A DNA stretch of 64,000 nucleotides from a virus (taxonomy: Duplodnaviria; Caudoviricetes), in IMG/VR virus record IMGVR_UViG_2913409695_000001, positions 2,181 through 66,180 of that record. The stretch is one strand, 5' to 3'. The notes beneath the pieces were generated by a model. That model ran no database searches and had not been told where the DNA came from. It saw nothing but the letters and a program-made list of their open reading frames with translations. A program made the translations under genes and the position numbers. The first letter of the stretch is position 1, and every line of letters begins with the position of its first letter. This document shows, in pieces, positions 27,785 through 37,162 of the stretch.

Positions 27785-29274
27785 TGGCGTTTAAGTATAT
27801 CGAACTATTCGCAGGTATCGGAGGATTCCGTTCAGCGTTAGACGCGTTAGGCGGTGATTGCGTATTCGCGTCAGAGATCGATAAATACGCAACTCAGGCG
27901 TACAAAACGCTTTATAACGGAGCACATGAGTTACACGGTGACATAACGAAGATTGACGCGCACGACGTACCGGATCATGACGTATTAGTCGGAGGATTCC
28001 CGTGTCAGGCGTTCTCAGTTGCCGGTCAACGCAAGGGATTCGAGGAAGCGCGCGGTACTTTATTCTTCGAGATAGCCCGTATAGCGAAAACGAAGCAACC
28101 ACGTTTGATGCTGCTTGAGAACGTTAAGGGTCTTTTATCGCATGACGGCGGTAAAACGTTCGATACCATGTGCGCGGTTCTTAACGACATCGGCTACGCA
28201 GTCGATTTCCGCGTACTTAACTCGAAGCATTTCGGAGTACCGCAGAATCGTGAGCGCATTTTTATCGTTGCGGATCGTGACGCAGAACATGCGGAATGGG
28301 ACGTAACAGGTAACGATGTCGGTGCGAAGGCCAAACGTAGGGCTCAGGCGCTCGGAATTAGAACGTTTAACTTCGACTGGCCAACGAATGATACGGTGAC
28401 TATGCGTTTACGCGACGTGTTGGAATCGAACGTAGACGAGAAGTATTACCTATCGGAGGAAAAAACGGCAAAGTTGGTCGCGCAGCTAACGGAGAATAGC
28501 GACATTCGCAAAGTTGGATATATAACCTGTGATAAGCAGCAAAACCGTGTACACGCCGTAGATGGAATTATGCCAACTATTACTGCAAATAACTCAGGGG
28601 GGCGTAATCCTGGCGGACTTATTGCGGACGACAGCCCGATAATCGCTGAATCCGAAGACTGCATAATGGTCGGAATGGTTGATTTGCGTGGTAACGATTC
28701 AATTAGGCGCGTTTACTCGCCGACAGGCGTTGCGCCGACAGGCGTTGCGCCGACATTAACGACAATGGGCGGAGGACATCGCGAGCCTAAGATTGCGGAG
28801 CCGGTTGTAGTACGTGTAGGGAATACTAACCCTTCAGGTAATGGAATGAACGGAAGTGTATACGCAGATGCAGGACTAAGCCCTACGTTAACAACGAACA
28901 AAGGGGAAGGCGTAAAAGTAGCCATAACGCAAAATGCCGTACTCGAAGAAGTCCGCGCAGTCCTCACACCAGAACGTCCAGAGAAACGCCAGAACGGTCG
29001 CCGCTTTAAAGATGACGGAGAAGAATCGTTCACACTTACCGCGCAGGACAAGCACGATCCGCGCTACCGCATACGCAAGTTAACTCCGCTAGAATGCTGG
29101 CGTTTGCAGGGGTTTACCGACGCACAGCACAACGCAGTTAAGGACGCAGGCGTATCGGACTCTCAACGCTATAAACAAGCGGGTAACGCTGTTACGGTTA
29201 ACGTTATCCGTGCGATAGGTGAGCGTTTGGTCGCCCGCCTTCCGCAAGAATCCGGATTACAGGAGGCCGCATAA
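27784..29274 (+). CDS. C5-cytosine DNA methyltransferase with enlarged variable region
   Basis: ELFAGIGG, GGFPCQAFS, LENV, PQNRERIF, KLTPLEC.RLQGF, KQAGNAV. Confidence 0.95.
   Translation: MAFKYIELFAGIGGFRSALDALGGDCVFASEIDKYATQAYKTLYNGAHELHGDITKIDAHDVPDHDVLVGGFPCQAFSVAGQRKGFEEARGTLFFEIARIAKTKQPRLMLLENVKGLLSHDGGKTFDTMCAVLNDIGYAVDFRVLNSKHFGVPQNRERIFIVADRDAEHAEWDVTGNDVGAKAKRRAQALGIRTFNFDWPTNDTVTMRLRDVLESNVDEKYYLSEEKTAKLVAQLTENSDIRKVGYITCDKQQNRVHAVDGIMPTITANNSGGRNPGGLIADDSPIIAESEDCIMVGMVDLRGNDSIRRVYSPTGVAPTGVAPTLTTMGGGHREPKIAEPVVVRVGNTNPSGNGMNGSVYADAGLSPTLTTNKGEGVKVAITQNAVLEEVRAVLTPERPEKRQNGRRFKDDGEESFTLTAQDKHDPRYRIRKLTPLECWRLQGFTDAQHNAVKDAGVSDSQRYKQAGNAVTVNVIRAIGERLVARLPQESGLQEAA
28718..28755 (+). 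repeat. 15-bp in-frame tandem repeat (2.5 copies)
   Basis: CGCCGACAGGCGTTG twice plus CGCCGACA; encodes PTGVA PTGVA PT. Confidence 0.9.
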
Positions 29275-29474
29275 TGTACGATTTTGACCGCTTTAGGTCG
29301 CCAGGCCCGAACGATGAGCCACGAGTTGCCGCCTACTGCGTATGGTGCGACGGAGAGATATACGCCGGCGACGAAATGACGACGTACGCGAACGGCGATC
29401 AGACGCATGACGGACATTGCGAGAACGAATATGTGCGGGCGGAGCTCGGGATTGAACGGGTAACTGCGGAATGA
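29274..29474 (+). CDS. small Cys/His hypothetical protein
   Basis: YCVWC...H..C. Confidence 0.6.
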   Translation: MYDFDRFRSPGPNDEPRVAAYCVWCDGEIYAGDEMTTYANGDQTHDGHCENEYVRAELGIERVTAE

Positions 29475-29493
29475 TACGGGAGGAGACGGTTAC

Positions 29494-29715
29494 GTGGAAT
29501 ATTACGGTGATTTGACGAAGGAGAATACGCGACTGCCGAAGGAGACGATTGTAGCCGCTGAGGAATGGCATAAAACGGCACTACAAGGATGGAAAGAGAA
29601 GCGTGCACTCTCGTTAATACGCGAGACATTAACAAAGGGGCTGGGCGAAGGAGGTCGCGTAATATGGGTCACGTTAAAGTGGATACGGAGAAACAGACGC
29701 GAAATTATACGGTAA
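29494..29715 (+). CDS. possible hypothetical protein
   Basis: GGAGGAG SD, GTG; overlaps next gene. Confidence 0.35.
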   Translation: MEYYGDLTKENTRLPKETIVAAEEWHKTALQGWKEKRALSLIRETLTKGLGEGGRVIWVTLKWIRRNRREIIR

Positions 29716-30062
29716 AATACGCTCTGAACGACGCGGCCGGAGTCAAAGCGCTACTCCGCGACAGGCACCGCATTAGCTCCGCTAGATTTCGCGGCGACAC
29801 GGCGGCCAGCGACATCCTCATCGATTTACACAGCGCGATTAATTCCGCTGGCTTGACGGATAGACAGACGGAGGCCGTTGCGTGGGTTTACGGTGTTGAC
29901 CTGACGCAGGCGAAGGCGGCCGAAATCATGGGGATCGCGCAGCCAACCGTTAAGCAGGCGGTCGACGAGGCCGCGGCTAAGATTGCCAGCGTGTATGAGC
30001 GGTGGGATTACGGGGCGATTGACGTTGAGTACGAAGAGATTACGGAAGGGGAGGCGGCTTGA
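29664..30062 (+). CDS. sigma-70 region 4-like HTH regulator
   Basis: LTDRQTEAVAWVYG.DLTQAKAAEIMGIAQPTV. Confidence 0.7.
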   Translation: MGHVKVDTEKQTRNYTVKYALNDAAGVKALLRDRHRISSARFRGDTAASDILIDLHSAINSAGLTDRQTEAVAWVYGVDLTQAKAAEIMGIAQPTVKQAVDEAAAKIASVYERWDYGAIDVEYEEITEGEAA

Positions 30063-31207
30063 TGACGAAAATTAACACGGTGATTTGCGGAGATAGTGCG
30101 GAGGTTTTGCGTCAGTATCCGGATAACTTTTTCGATAGCGTCGTTTGCGATCCGCCTTACGGATTATCAAAAGAGCCGGACATTGCCGAAGTCCTTACTA
30201 AATGGATCGCGGGTGAACCGTACGATCACGGACACGGCGGATTCATGGGGAAAGCGTGGGATTCGTTCGTGCCGCATCCGGATTTATGGCGCGAGGTATT
30301 CCGCGTGCTTAAGCCGGGTGGCCATGCGTTGGTCTTTGCGGGGACGCGTACGCAGGACTTAATGACGATAGCGCTGCGGCTTGGCGGATTTGAGATTCGT
30401 GACGTAATCGAATGGCTTTATTTTAGCGGATTTCCGAAGAGCCTGGATGTTGGGAAGGTGTTTGATAAACGCGAGGGGATATGGCGCGGACGTGCGGGAG
30501 CAGTCGTTAGCGGGAACGGTTCAATGTCCGCGCCGAATTACGAACGTACGCCGAAAGGCGAAGCCGTAGGCGAACTCGCCCGCAAATGGGATGGATGGGG
30601 AACCGCACTCAAGCCCGCACACGAACCGATTATCGTCGCGCGTAAGCCGCTAGGCGGTACCGTAGCCGAAACGGTCGAAAAGTACGGAACGGGCGCGATT
30701 AATATTGACGGGTGCCGCATTGTCCGTGCTGCAGGTGATCGAACGGAATACGGGGTAACTGGCAATCAGACTGCAACTACTGGGGATAGTGGGATTTTCG
30801 GCCACTATGACGCGGCTGCATATATTCCGCACGAGGCCGGACGATTCCCCGCAAACTGCGTAACGACGGACGAAAACGCGTTCTACTCTCCGTACTTTAA
30901 CGTATCGCCGGCCGAGCTGTCGAAAAAGGCCACGAAGAAAGACCGCAATGCCTGCGTAGATGGCTCGCAAAGCCTCGTTCCCAACACGCATCCAACCGTC
31001 AAGCCAATCGCGCTCATGGCGTGGCTGATTACGCTTGTAACTCCGCATGGAGGCACGGTGCTCGATCCGTTCGCCGGCTCCGGCAGTACGTTGGTCGCTG
31101 CGGCTCAGAACGGATTCAATTACGTAGGCATCGAGATGCTACCGGAACACGTTGCGATTATTAACTCGCGCCTAAATACGCCAGAAGAAACGGAGAGTGC
31201 TGCCTGA
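30062..31207 (+). CDS. N4-C/N6-A DNA methyltransferase, beta class
   Basis: DPPY first, then HPTVKP and VLDPFAGSGST. Confidence 0.9.
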   Translation: MTKINTVICGDSAEVLRQYPDNFFDSVVCDPPYGLSKEPDIAEVLTKWIAGEPYDHGHGGFMGKAWDSFVPHPDLWREVFRVLKPGGHALVFAGTRTQDLMTIALRLGGFEIRDVIEWLYFSGFPKSLDVGKVFDKREGIWRGRAGAVVSGNGSMSAPNYERTPKGEAVGELARKWDGWGTALKPAHEPIIVARKPLGGTVAETVEKYGTGAINIDGCRIVRAAGDRTEYGVTGNQTATTGDSGIFGHYDAAAYIPHEAGRFPANCVTTDENAFYSPYFNVSPAELSKKATKKDRNACVDGSQSLVPNTHPTVKPIALMAWLITLVTPHGGTVLDPFAGSGSTLVAAAQNGFNYVGIEMLPEHVAIINSRLNTPEETESAA

Positions 31208-31208
31208 T

Positions 31209-31889
31209 ATGAAAACATACCGCGAAATCACCGCAGAATTAACGCACGAACTCGAACAAACACTCCGCATCAACTTCAAATCGTCCGACGCGCCTATCAC
31301 GTTTGAATACGGCGGGCGCTCGTACAATATCCGTGATCGAGAAACGCGCATGTTACTGGTCGCGGCGATACAAGACGCATACTATCGTGCGCACGGCGAA
31401 TTTAATCAACGGACGCTCGACGCTTGGGTAGAGCGCGGTTGCCGCGGCGAAAGACCGTCGCCGGCCACGGTTGATGCCGCGCTTATGGACCGGTTGACCG
31501 ACGTTGTGCTATACGAAGAGATTGCGGATGAGAGTGCGGACAAGATCACCAACGCGGAATATTCGTTCATGTCCGAGCGACAACTCGACCGCAGACGCGA
31601 CAAAGAAACGTCAGACACGGCGGCCGAATCGCGCGGGGCTGACGGACGGGATTACCGGACGCCGACGAAAAGAAGGCGCACGCCTTACGAGAATTGGCGC
31701 GTGGATGCTGACGCGAAGATACGTAACAAGGCGAGAGCTGCGCAATATAAACGCGATACGAGTCCGGGCAAAGTTACGGAAGGGGCGAGCGAGTCGTTCG
31801 TCCAGTGCCGCGGAATTGCGCAGAGGTGGGCGAACGATATGAGCGCAGTTAACGATGTGATCGTGGAATCCGCAAGGGAGGCGGCTTAA
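31209..31889 (+). CDS. hypothetical phage protein
   Basis: About 226 aa between two methyltransferases; start uncertain. Confidence 0.65.
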   Translation: MKTYREITAELTHELEQTLRINFKSSDAPITFEYGGRSYNIRDRETRMLLVAAIQDAYYRAHGEFNQRTLDAWVERGCRGERPSPATVDAALMDRLTDVVLYEEIADESADKITNAEYSFMSERQLDRRRDKETSDTAAESRGADGRDYRTPTKRRRTPYENWRVDADAKIRNKARAAQYKRDTSPGKVTEGASESFVQCRGIAQRWANDMSAVNDVIVESAREAA

Positions 31890-33151
31890 TGGGAAAAGCT
31901 GATCGTAAACGGTGGGACGGCAACGTTAAATCGATGGCGATTGTAGCGAAGCCGCGCGAAGATATTACGGAAGATGACGTCGCCTTTTTACGCGATAATT
32001 ACACGTCAACCGGCGGTCTCTTGCCGAACGCATACGCAGGAGGGGCGTTTTACACTCCGACTCACGTTGCGCGGTTTATTATCGAGGCTTTACGCGGTCT
32101 ATCCGGCGGGTCATTTCCGCAGGGCTCGCGTTTTCTCGAACCATCGGCCGGTAGCGGTGTATTTATCGAACACCTGCCGAAAGATGCGGAGGTTACGGCG
32201 CTAGAACTCGATGAGATCAGCGCTAAGGTAACGTCGCTCTTATATCCGCACGCCAACGTTATTAATGACGATGCGTTTCGTCACGCGCTACGTGATTACT
32301 ACGATTATGTGATCGGAAATCCTCCGTACGGCGTAACAATCGATATTGCCGCGGATGATCTTCCGGACAACTATGAGACGCTCAAGGTAACGAAAGGGCG
32401 CGCGAAGGGGAAATCGGAATCCGCGTTTATTGAGCTCGCGATTAAATCGGCCAAGCCTGGCGGATATATTGCGTTTGTGTTGCCGATGGGAATAAACTAC
32501 GCAAATTACGCGGAAAAAGTGCGCCAGCTACTGTACACGACGTGTTGGCACGTTGCGACCGTAATGTTGCCCGGCGAGACGTTCGCATTAACCGGCACGA
32601 CGATACCTACGCAAATATTAATCGTACGCAAGGCGCCACCGGTAACTCCGCTCATACCGTCCGCGACAACGAAGTGGAGTTCTAATTTTAAACGCGGAGG
32701 ACACGAAGATATAACGGACTTTGACGCCAAGTTTCTCGTAGGACAGCCGCCGGCCTACTTCGCGCAGATTACCGATATTGGATACGATAAAGACGGAAAA
32801 TCTACGGATAAGTGGGGCGACGGACGTACGCAGCTTGACGAGTTGCTCAACGATTTTACGGACGATAATTTGACGCGTGAAAACTTATATCCGCATATCC
32901 CGTCGTGGCATAGCGTGAAAGACGTGAGCGCGTTTATGTTCTCGCATGGGAACGGAAGTTGTGACGGCTATCGTGACGCGAGTTATACGTATACTGGCGG
33001 TCCTTACCGTTGGAACGAGTTAACGCTCGGAGCCGGCGAGGAAATAGAGTGGCGCGGCGAGTTCGTCAGCACGTTCGACTTTACGTGGCAGGATCAGATT
33101 GTGGCGGAATATTACGAAGGGCTTGCGGAAAGTCTTCCGGCTGCGGCGTAA
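31889..33151 (+). CDS. N6-adenine DNA methyltransferase, gamma class (DarB-like N-terminus)
   Basis: YTSTGGL, AFYTP, LEPSAGSG, ELDE.SA.V..LLYP, VIGNPPY. Confidence 0.85.
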   Translation: MGKADRKRWDGNVKSMAIVAKPREDITEDDVAFLRDNYTSTGGLLPNAYAGGAFYTPTHVARFIIEALRGLSGGSFPQGSRFLEPSAGSGVFIEHLPKDAEVTALELDEISAKVTSLLYPHANVINDDAFRHALRDYYDYVIGNPPYGVTIDIAADDLPDNYETLKVTKGRAKGKSESAFIELAIKSAKPGGYIAFVLPMGINYANYAEKVRQLLYTTCWHVATVMLPGETFALTGTTIPTQILIVRKAPPVTPLIPSATTKWSSNFKRGGHEDITDFDAKFLVGQPPAYFAQITDIGYDKDGKSTDKWGDGRTQLDELLNDFTDDNLTRENLYPHIPSWHSVKDVSAFMFSHGNGSCDGYRDASYTYTGGPYRWNELTLGAGEEIEWRGEFVSTFDFTWQDQIVAEYYEGLAESLPAAA

Positions 33152-33163
33152 GTTTATTAATTA

Positions 33164-33273
33164 TTTACAACTTATCCCAATATTGTTTATAATACAGGTA
33201 ACACTGCGGAGGCACCGCGAGTGCAATCCGAAAGAATCGGTGAAGACCCAGCCTTAACTGGCGGGGTCTTTTT
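33164..33273 (+). ncRNA. candidate ~75-nt sRNA with own promoter and terminator
   Basis: TTTACA-18-TATAAT at 33164-33193, two hairpins, then AAGACCC..GGGTCTT stem and T run. Confidence 0.4.
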
Positions 33274-33334
33274 CTTATTTCGGGTATTCGCTCGTTTTAC
33301 TTTCCGCATGTACTCACCATATTCAAATGCGGCA

Positions 33335-33574
33335 TTATAGATTATAATTCTTAAAGTTACGATATTCTTCTTTAACGACGCTGATAGAGTGCATTTCTTT
33401 TGAATGTACAAGTGGGTAAACCCTTGAACAGTCTCCGTTTAGACATTTTAATGAGAGTACCCATCCATAACCCGAACCTTCGCCTTTAACTGTATCCCAA
33501 TCTGCGCCTGTGAAGTTATGATGAAGCTCCAAATCAGATTCGCAATACGGGCATTTCAGCAATTTTTTAGCCAT
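33335..33574 (-). CDS. small zinc-finger protein
   Basis: CPYC...CLNGDC; AGGGGAG SD. Confidence 0.7.
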   Translation of the reverse strand: MAKKLLKCPYCESDLELHHNFTGADWDTVKGEGSGYGWVLSLKCLNGDCSRVYPLVHSKEMHSISVVKEEYRNFKNYNL

Positions 33575-33611
33575 TCTAATACACTCCCCTATTCATTAAG
33601 TTTATTTACCC

Positions 33612-34244
33612 TTATTTCTTATGTTTATTGATGTATTGTTGCACTTGCACTCGTTCTTTTGACCACATTGGCGCTTTTCCGTTTGCTTGAGCATAAAAGT
33701 CAGGATCAGGGAAATCAGTACGGCTATTCGGATTCTGTGAACGTTTAAACCGATCGTAGAGTGCTTGCTTCGATATTCCGAGAGCTTCTGCAAAAGATGT
33801 TAAGTTATAATATTTCTGTTTGACTTTACTTTCGTCGATAACGACAAGCGCATCAATGATTTGATCAATAGTCACTCCTGCATTGAGTTCTGACAGATTA
33901 CTAAGTGTTTGCTCTAACTTTTCTGAATCGAGAATGAATCTATAATCATCTTTATCATCGTCAATAGCGGCATATACCGAGTATTCGTCATTGTTGTACG
34001 TTGCTAATATATTCGTTGTTAGCTCATTAAGTTTAGTCGTTATTTTATGAAACAGCAGATGTTCGTCCCAATCGCTTACGATGTTTTCGGGCACGTGATA
34101 ACGCATCTCTAAATCAAATTCTTTGAAAAACTCATCAGCTTCGGTATATCCGCTCACTTTCAAGTTAGTTACTTCCGTAAAAATTGCTCGCCGCGCTTCT
34201 TTGCCACCACGGACAATTGCGTTAAATAAGACTTGTTTATACAT
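33612..34244 (-). CDS. protein with acidic N-terminal domain and C-terminal HTH
   Basis: YNLTSFAEALGISKQALYDR...FPDPD...PMW; AAGGAG SD. Confidence 0.7.
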   Translation of the reverse strand: MYKQVLFNAIVRGGKEARRAIFTEVTNLKVSGYTEADEFFKEFDLEMRYHVPENIVSDWDEHLLFHKITTKLNELTTNILATYNNDEYSVYAAIDDDKDDYRFILDSEKLEQTLSNLSELNAGVTIDQIIDALVVIDESKVKQKYYNLTSFAEALGISKQALYDRFKRSQNPNSRTDFPDPDFYAQANGKAPMWSKERVQVQQYINKHKK

Positions 34245-34289
34245 GAGAACTCACTCCTTTTTAGAGGCGGCACTATGGCCGCCGTGTAT

Positions 34290-34766
34290 TTATTCAGCCG
34301 ATCCAGTTACATCATTACCAAATTCGTATGTAGCGTCTCCACCGAAGTCTATATCAGATTCACGATAAGGTTGTTTAGCAGCCCATAATTGAACTTCTTC
34401 AAGATTTATATATTTAGCCGCTCCGTTTTCGACTTTCATATAACGTTTCTTGCCCAATTCTGATTTTTCGTAGTAACCGTCCTCGACGTCGTATTCCTCA
34501 TGTCCGGCGGAACCTTTCTTATTCCATTCTTCGCGGTCTGCGGCTAAGAATTGACGATCTAATTTATATTGACGATGAGGACCAACAATTTTCGCAACAT
34601 AGTCACGGCCTCCGCGAGCAACTCTAATATCGATCGTAGCTTTCACTTTCTTTACACCCTCCTTGATTCTAGCCCACACCGTTTTTAATGCTAACGCCAT
34701 ACGCGCAACCCAGTCACCCTCATATGTTCTTGCCAGCACCACCGCCTCTTTCATTACGTTTTGCAT
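34290..34766 (-). CDS. hypothetical protein
   Basis: AAAGGAGG SD; MQNVMKEAVVLAR... Confidence 0.7.
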   Translation of the reverse strand: MQNVMKEAVVLARTYEGDWVARMALALKTVWARIKEGVKKVKATIDIRVARGGRDYVAKIVGPHRQYKLDRQFLAADREEWNKKGSAGHEEYDVEDGYYEKSELGKKRYMKVENGAAKYINLEEVQLWAAKQPYRESDIDFGGDATYEFGNDVTGSAE

Positions 34767-34801
34767 CGTTTAATTCCTCCTTTGATTTATCTTATACTTT
34801 T

Positions 34802-34830
34802 ATTATACTCAAATACTTTACTAAGTAAAG
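34802..34830 (-). promoter_or_regulatory. leftward sigma-A promoter overlapped by palindrome CTTTACTAAGTAAAG
   Basis: TATAAT at 34807-34802; TTTACT-like -35 inside the palindrome 34816-34830. Confidence 0.55.
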
Positions 34831-35027
34831 GGGAACAATATACGAACAAATTATGAACTTTAAGGTAATTTACTGTGGATTACCTATAATTTTAGTGTTT
34901 AGCTGGCTATATAATTGAACCCATAAAAATTAAGCTGAGGCCGCCATTGCGCGGCTCATTCCCTTACGGGGCATTGCGCGAGTTATAAGCGGCGAATAAT
35001 AAAAAAAAAAATAAATGGAGTGGTGGA

Positions 35028-35522
35028 GTGATGGCGGAAAGAACATCTTTCTATTTATACGTGGAGCATTACGTTAAAACGCAGGTAGACTTCGAAATTA
35101 TTCTCGGACTAAGTGATGAGGTATACGAACGATTTCTGACCAAAGCTGCGATAGAGATATCCAGACGCACCTCGCCGAAGCAGGTTTACGGGCTGAGCCG
35201 TGAGGATGTGCGCGAAATTGTTCGCGATATGATTAACGATATGCTGCGAAAGAAGTGGATTGTCCCACAAAAAGAACCGCTGTTTTCGTTTATTAACAAC
35301 GTAGGCGAACCGATGTTCATCTTCGCGCGGTTCAAGAAAGATGCGGTCAGCATAGCGAAATCAGCGACACACGTCAGTCTGGCGTATTGGGGAAAATCGA
35401 AATCATTACGAAAAGTAATCGAGATAAACGAGAGTGGGAGAGCCGTTCTTGATAACGGTGAGGAACGCGAAATCGGAACATCGCGAAATTTCGTCAACCT
35501 TTACGGTCATGGGAGGAATTAA
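35028..35522 (+). CDS. hypothetical protein
   Basis: 164 aa ORF with GGAG upstream. Confidence 0.6.
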   Translation: MMAERTSFYLYVEHYVKTQVDFEIILGLSDEVYERFLTKAAIEISRRTSPKQVYGLSREDVREIVRDMINDMLRKKWIVPQKEPLFSFINNVGEPMFIFARFKKDAVSIAKSATHVSLAYWGKSKSLRKVIEINESGRAVLDNGEEREIGTSRNFVNLYGHGRN

Positions 35523-35523
35523 G

Positions 35524-35697
35524 ATGAGTAACGTTTACTTATACTGCTATTCGCCATCAATGTTTCACTTCTTGAGAACAAAGGGCATTCGATATATCTG
35601 CGTGGGTATCAACGAAAAAACAGGCGGACGGTTCTGGCTGTTTGCGAAAGATGACGCGGTTAAACGCGCTTTAGATGAGTATGACGCGAGTAAATAA
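35524..35697 (+). CDS. small phage protein (DUF5659-like)
   Basis: GGAGG SD; YLYCYS...FLRTKGIRYICVGIN.KT...WLF. Confidence 0.6.
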   Translation: MSNVYLYCYSPSMFHFLRTKGIRYICVGINEKTGGRFWLFAKDDAVKRALDEYDASK

Positions 35698-35726
35698 TAT
35701 TAACGTGGAGTGGAGTGTGTTGGAGT

Positions 35727-36185
35727 ATGGGCGAACAATTTCAGCGTTTGGCAAGCGAATCGACACGCAAGAAAACGGAATGTCTGGATCGGGGCTTTTA
35801 CGCTCCGGTTCCGCATGATTTATTTCGCAGGATCGTGCCTATTGCGCGCGAGTACGATAAGGCTAACGTACATATCGTTACGCTGTATACGTACCTGCTA
35901 TCGATGGTTAACGGGCAGCCGGACAACGATCGGTATATGAGCGCGTTCCCTTCGGTAATGCGTATCGCGGACGAAACAGGTATCGGTAGAAATCGGGTCA
36001 AGCGGTTATGCGACGTCCTGGAAGCGGTCGGACTCGTGAAGTCTGCGATGGATTATACGTCGAACAAGCGCGATAAGCTGTATTATCCGCAGTATTATTC
36101 CGCGCTGACTGACGAGGAGATTCGGCGGAATTTGGACGAGATATATCGTTATTCACCGGAGAGTGAATTACCTAAATCACTGTAG
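35727..36185 (+). CDS. winged-HTH replication-initiator-like protein
   Basis: LYTYLL...AFPSVMRIADETGIGRNRVKRLCDVLEAVGLV. Confidence 0.7.
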   Translation: MGEQFQRLASESTRKKTECLDRGFYAPVPHDLFRRIVPIAREYDKANVHIVTLYTYLLSMVNGQPDNDRYMSAFPSVMRIADETGIGRNRVKRLCDVLEAVGLVKSAMDYTSNKRDKLYYPQYYSALTDEEIRRNLDEIYRYSPESELPKSL

Positions 36186-36252
36186 AGTGAATTACCTAAT
36201 TCACCGGAGAGTGACGGTAAAGAAGAATAAACGTGTAATAACAAACGTGTAA
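36153..36252 (+). repeat. iteron-like repeats: 24-bp x2.6 and 10-bp x2
   Basis: TCACCGGAGAGTGA / TCACTGTAGAGTGA / TCACCGGAGAGTGA at 24-bp period; AAACGTGTAA at 36229 and 36243. Confidence 0.8.
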
Positions 36253-36519
36253 GAACAAACAAAACATTACCGCTTCGGTTAATTCGCTACGCTCATGAAC
36301 CTCGCGGACCAAATAAGAACGATATTAATAATACTTTTTGTCGCGTACGAACTCATGCTAATGAGTGAGTTGGGGAGGGGTAAAGCCCGAGCCAAGATGT
36401 CTATGTAGTATCATGAAGCATATTCGAAGAAGTACCTCATGTAGGCAAACCTCAATAAATACGTTACCACGCGTAAAGGTTGCGGACAGCAACCGGAAGA
36501 AGAACGGAGGGACTGCGTT

Positions 36520-36693
36520 ATGAGCGTTGATTTATCGCAAGTATCTACTGCGGATTTACACCGCGAGTTAGCACGCAGGACAGGCGTACGGGAGATCGTG
36601 TATGGTCCGGAGGATAACGTTTATATCTGCGGTAACGATGGCGTTATTATCGACGATTACGGACCTGTTCGCGTATTGATTAACGCTGATTAA
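36520..36693 (+). CDS. small phage protein (BC1881-like)
   Basis: GGAGG SD; MSVDLSQVSTADLHRELARRTGV. Confidence 0.6.
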   Translation: MSVDLSQVSTADLHRELARRTGVREIVYGPEDNVYICGNDGVIIDDYGPVRVLINAD

Positions 36694-36769
36694 TATATGC
36701 GCTACTTGTCCGTCGTGCTTGAACGGATGATTGGCGCGTTTCTTTATTTAAAATACGGAGGTGAATACG

Positions 36770-37162
36770 GTGCTGAAACGGTTGGAGACACACCACATGA
36801 TCGCAGTCAAGTGGCTAGCGTTGCCTAAACGCGGAGGTAAGACGATGGATGAGATCGCGGAAGAGTGCGGAGTTAGCCGCCGTGCCGTGTATGACTGGAT
36901 AAAAGATCCGCTATTTGACCGCGAATTGAAAAAGGAGATTATCCGTCAGACGACCGCAAGACTTCCGGAAGTAATGGATAGTCTAACAGACGCGGTAATT
37001 AAGGAACACAATGCAGCCGCGGCGAAGCTACTACTACAGGTAAACGGTATGTTAACGGATAAAGTTGAGGTAGAAAATAAGGGAACAAGCGAGCCGGACT
37101 TGGATGCGCTGGCTGCTCGGTTACGCGCGCTCAAAGAGAGTAAACGTGAAGTTGACGGTTAA
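36770..37162 (+). CDS. HTH protein, probable terminase small subunit (phBC6A51-like)
   Basis: TMDEIAEECGVSRRAVYDW.KDP.F; NAAAAKLLLQ; directly upstream of terL. Confidence 0.7.
   Translation: MLKRLETHHMIAVKWLALPKRGGKTMDEIAEECGVSRRAVYDWIKDPLFDRELKKEIIRQTTARLPEVMDSLTDAVIKEHNAAAAKLLLQVNGMLTDKVEVENKGTSEPDLDALAARLRALKESKREVDG

Noticed and set aside
33195-33245. c-di-GMP-II riboswitch resemblance (GGCAC...GTGCAA)
   Set aside because: Other conserved elements are missing and there is no downstream gene on that strand
33602-33793. 63-aa minus-strand ORF
   Set aside because: Overlaps the better supported 33612-34244 gene on the same strand
35001-35011. A11 homopolymer as a phase-variation switch
   Set aside because: Intergenic, no evidence it lies within a promoter spacer, and such runs are error-prone in sequencing
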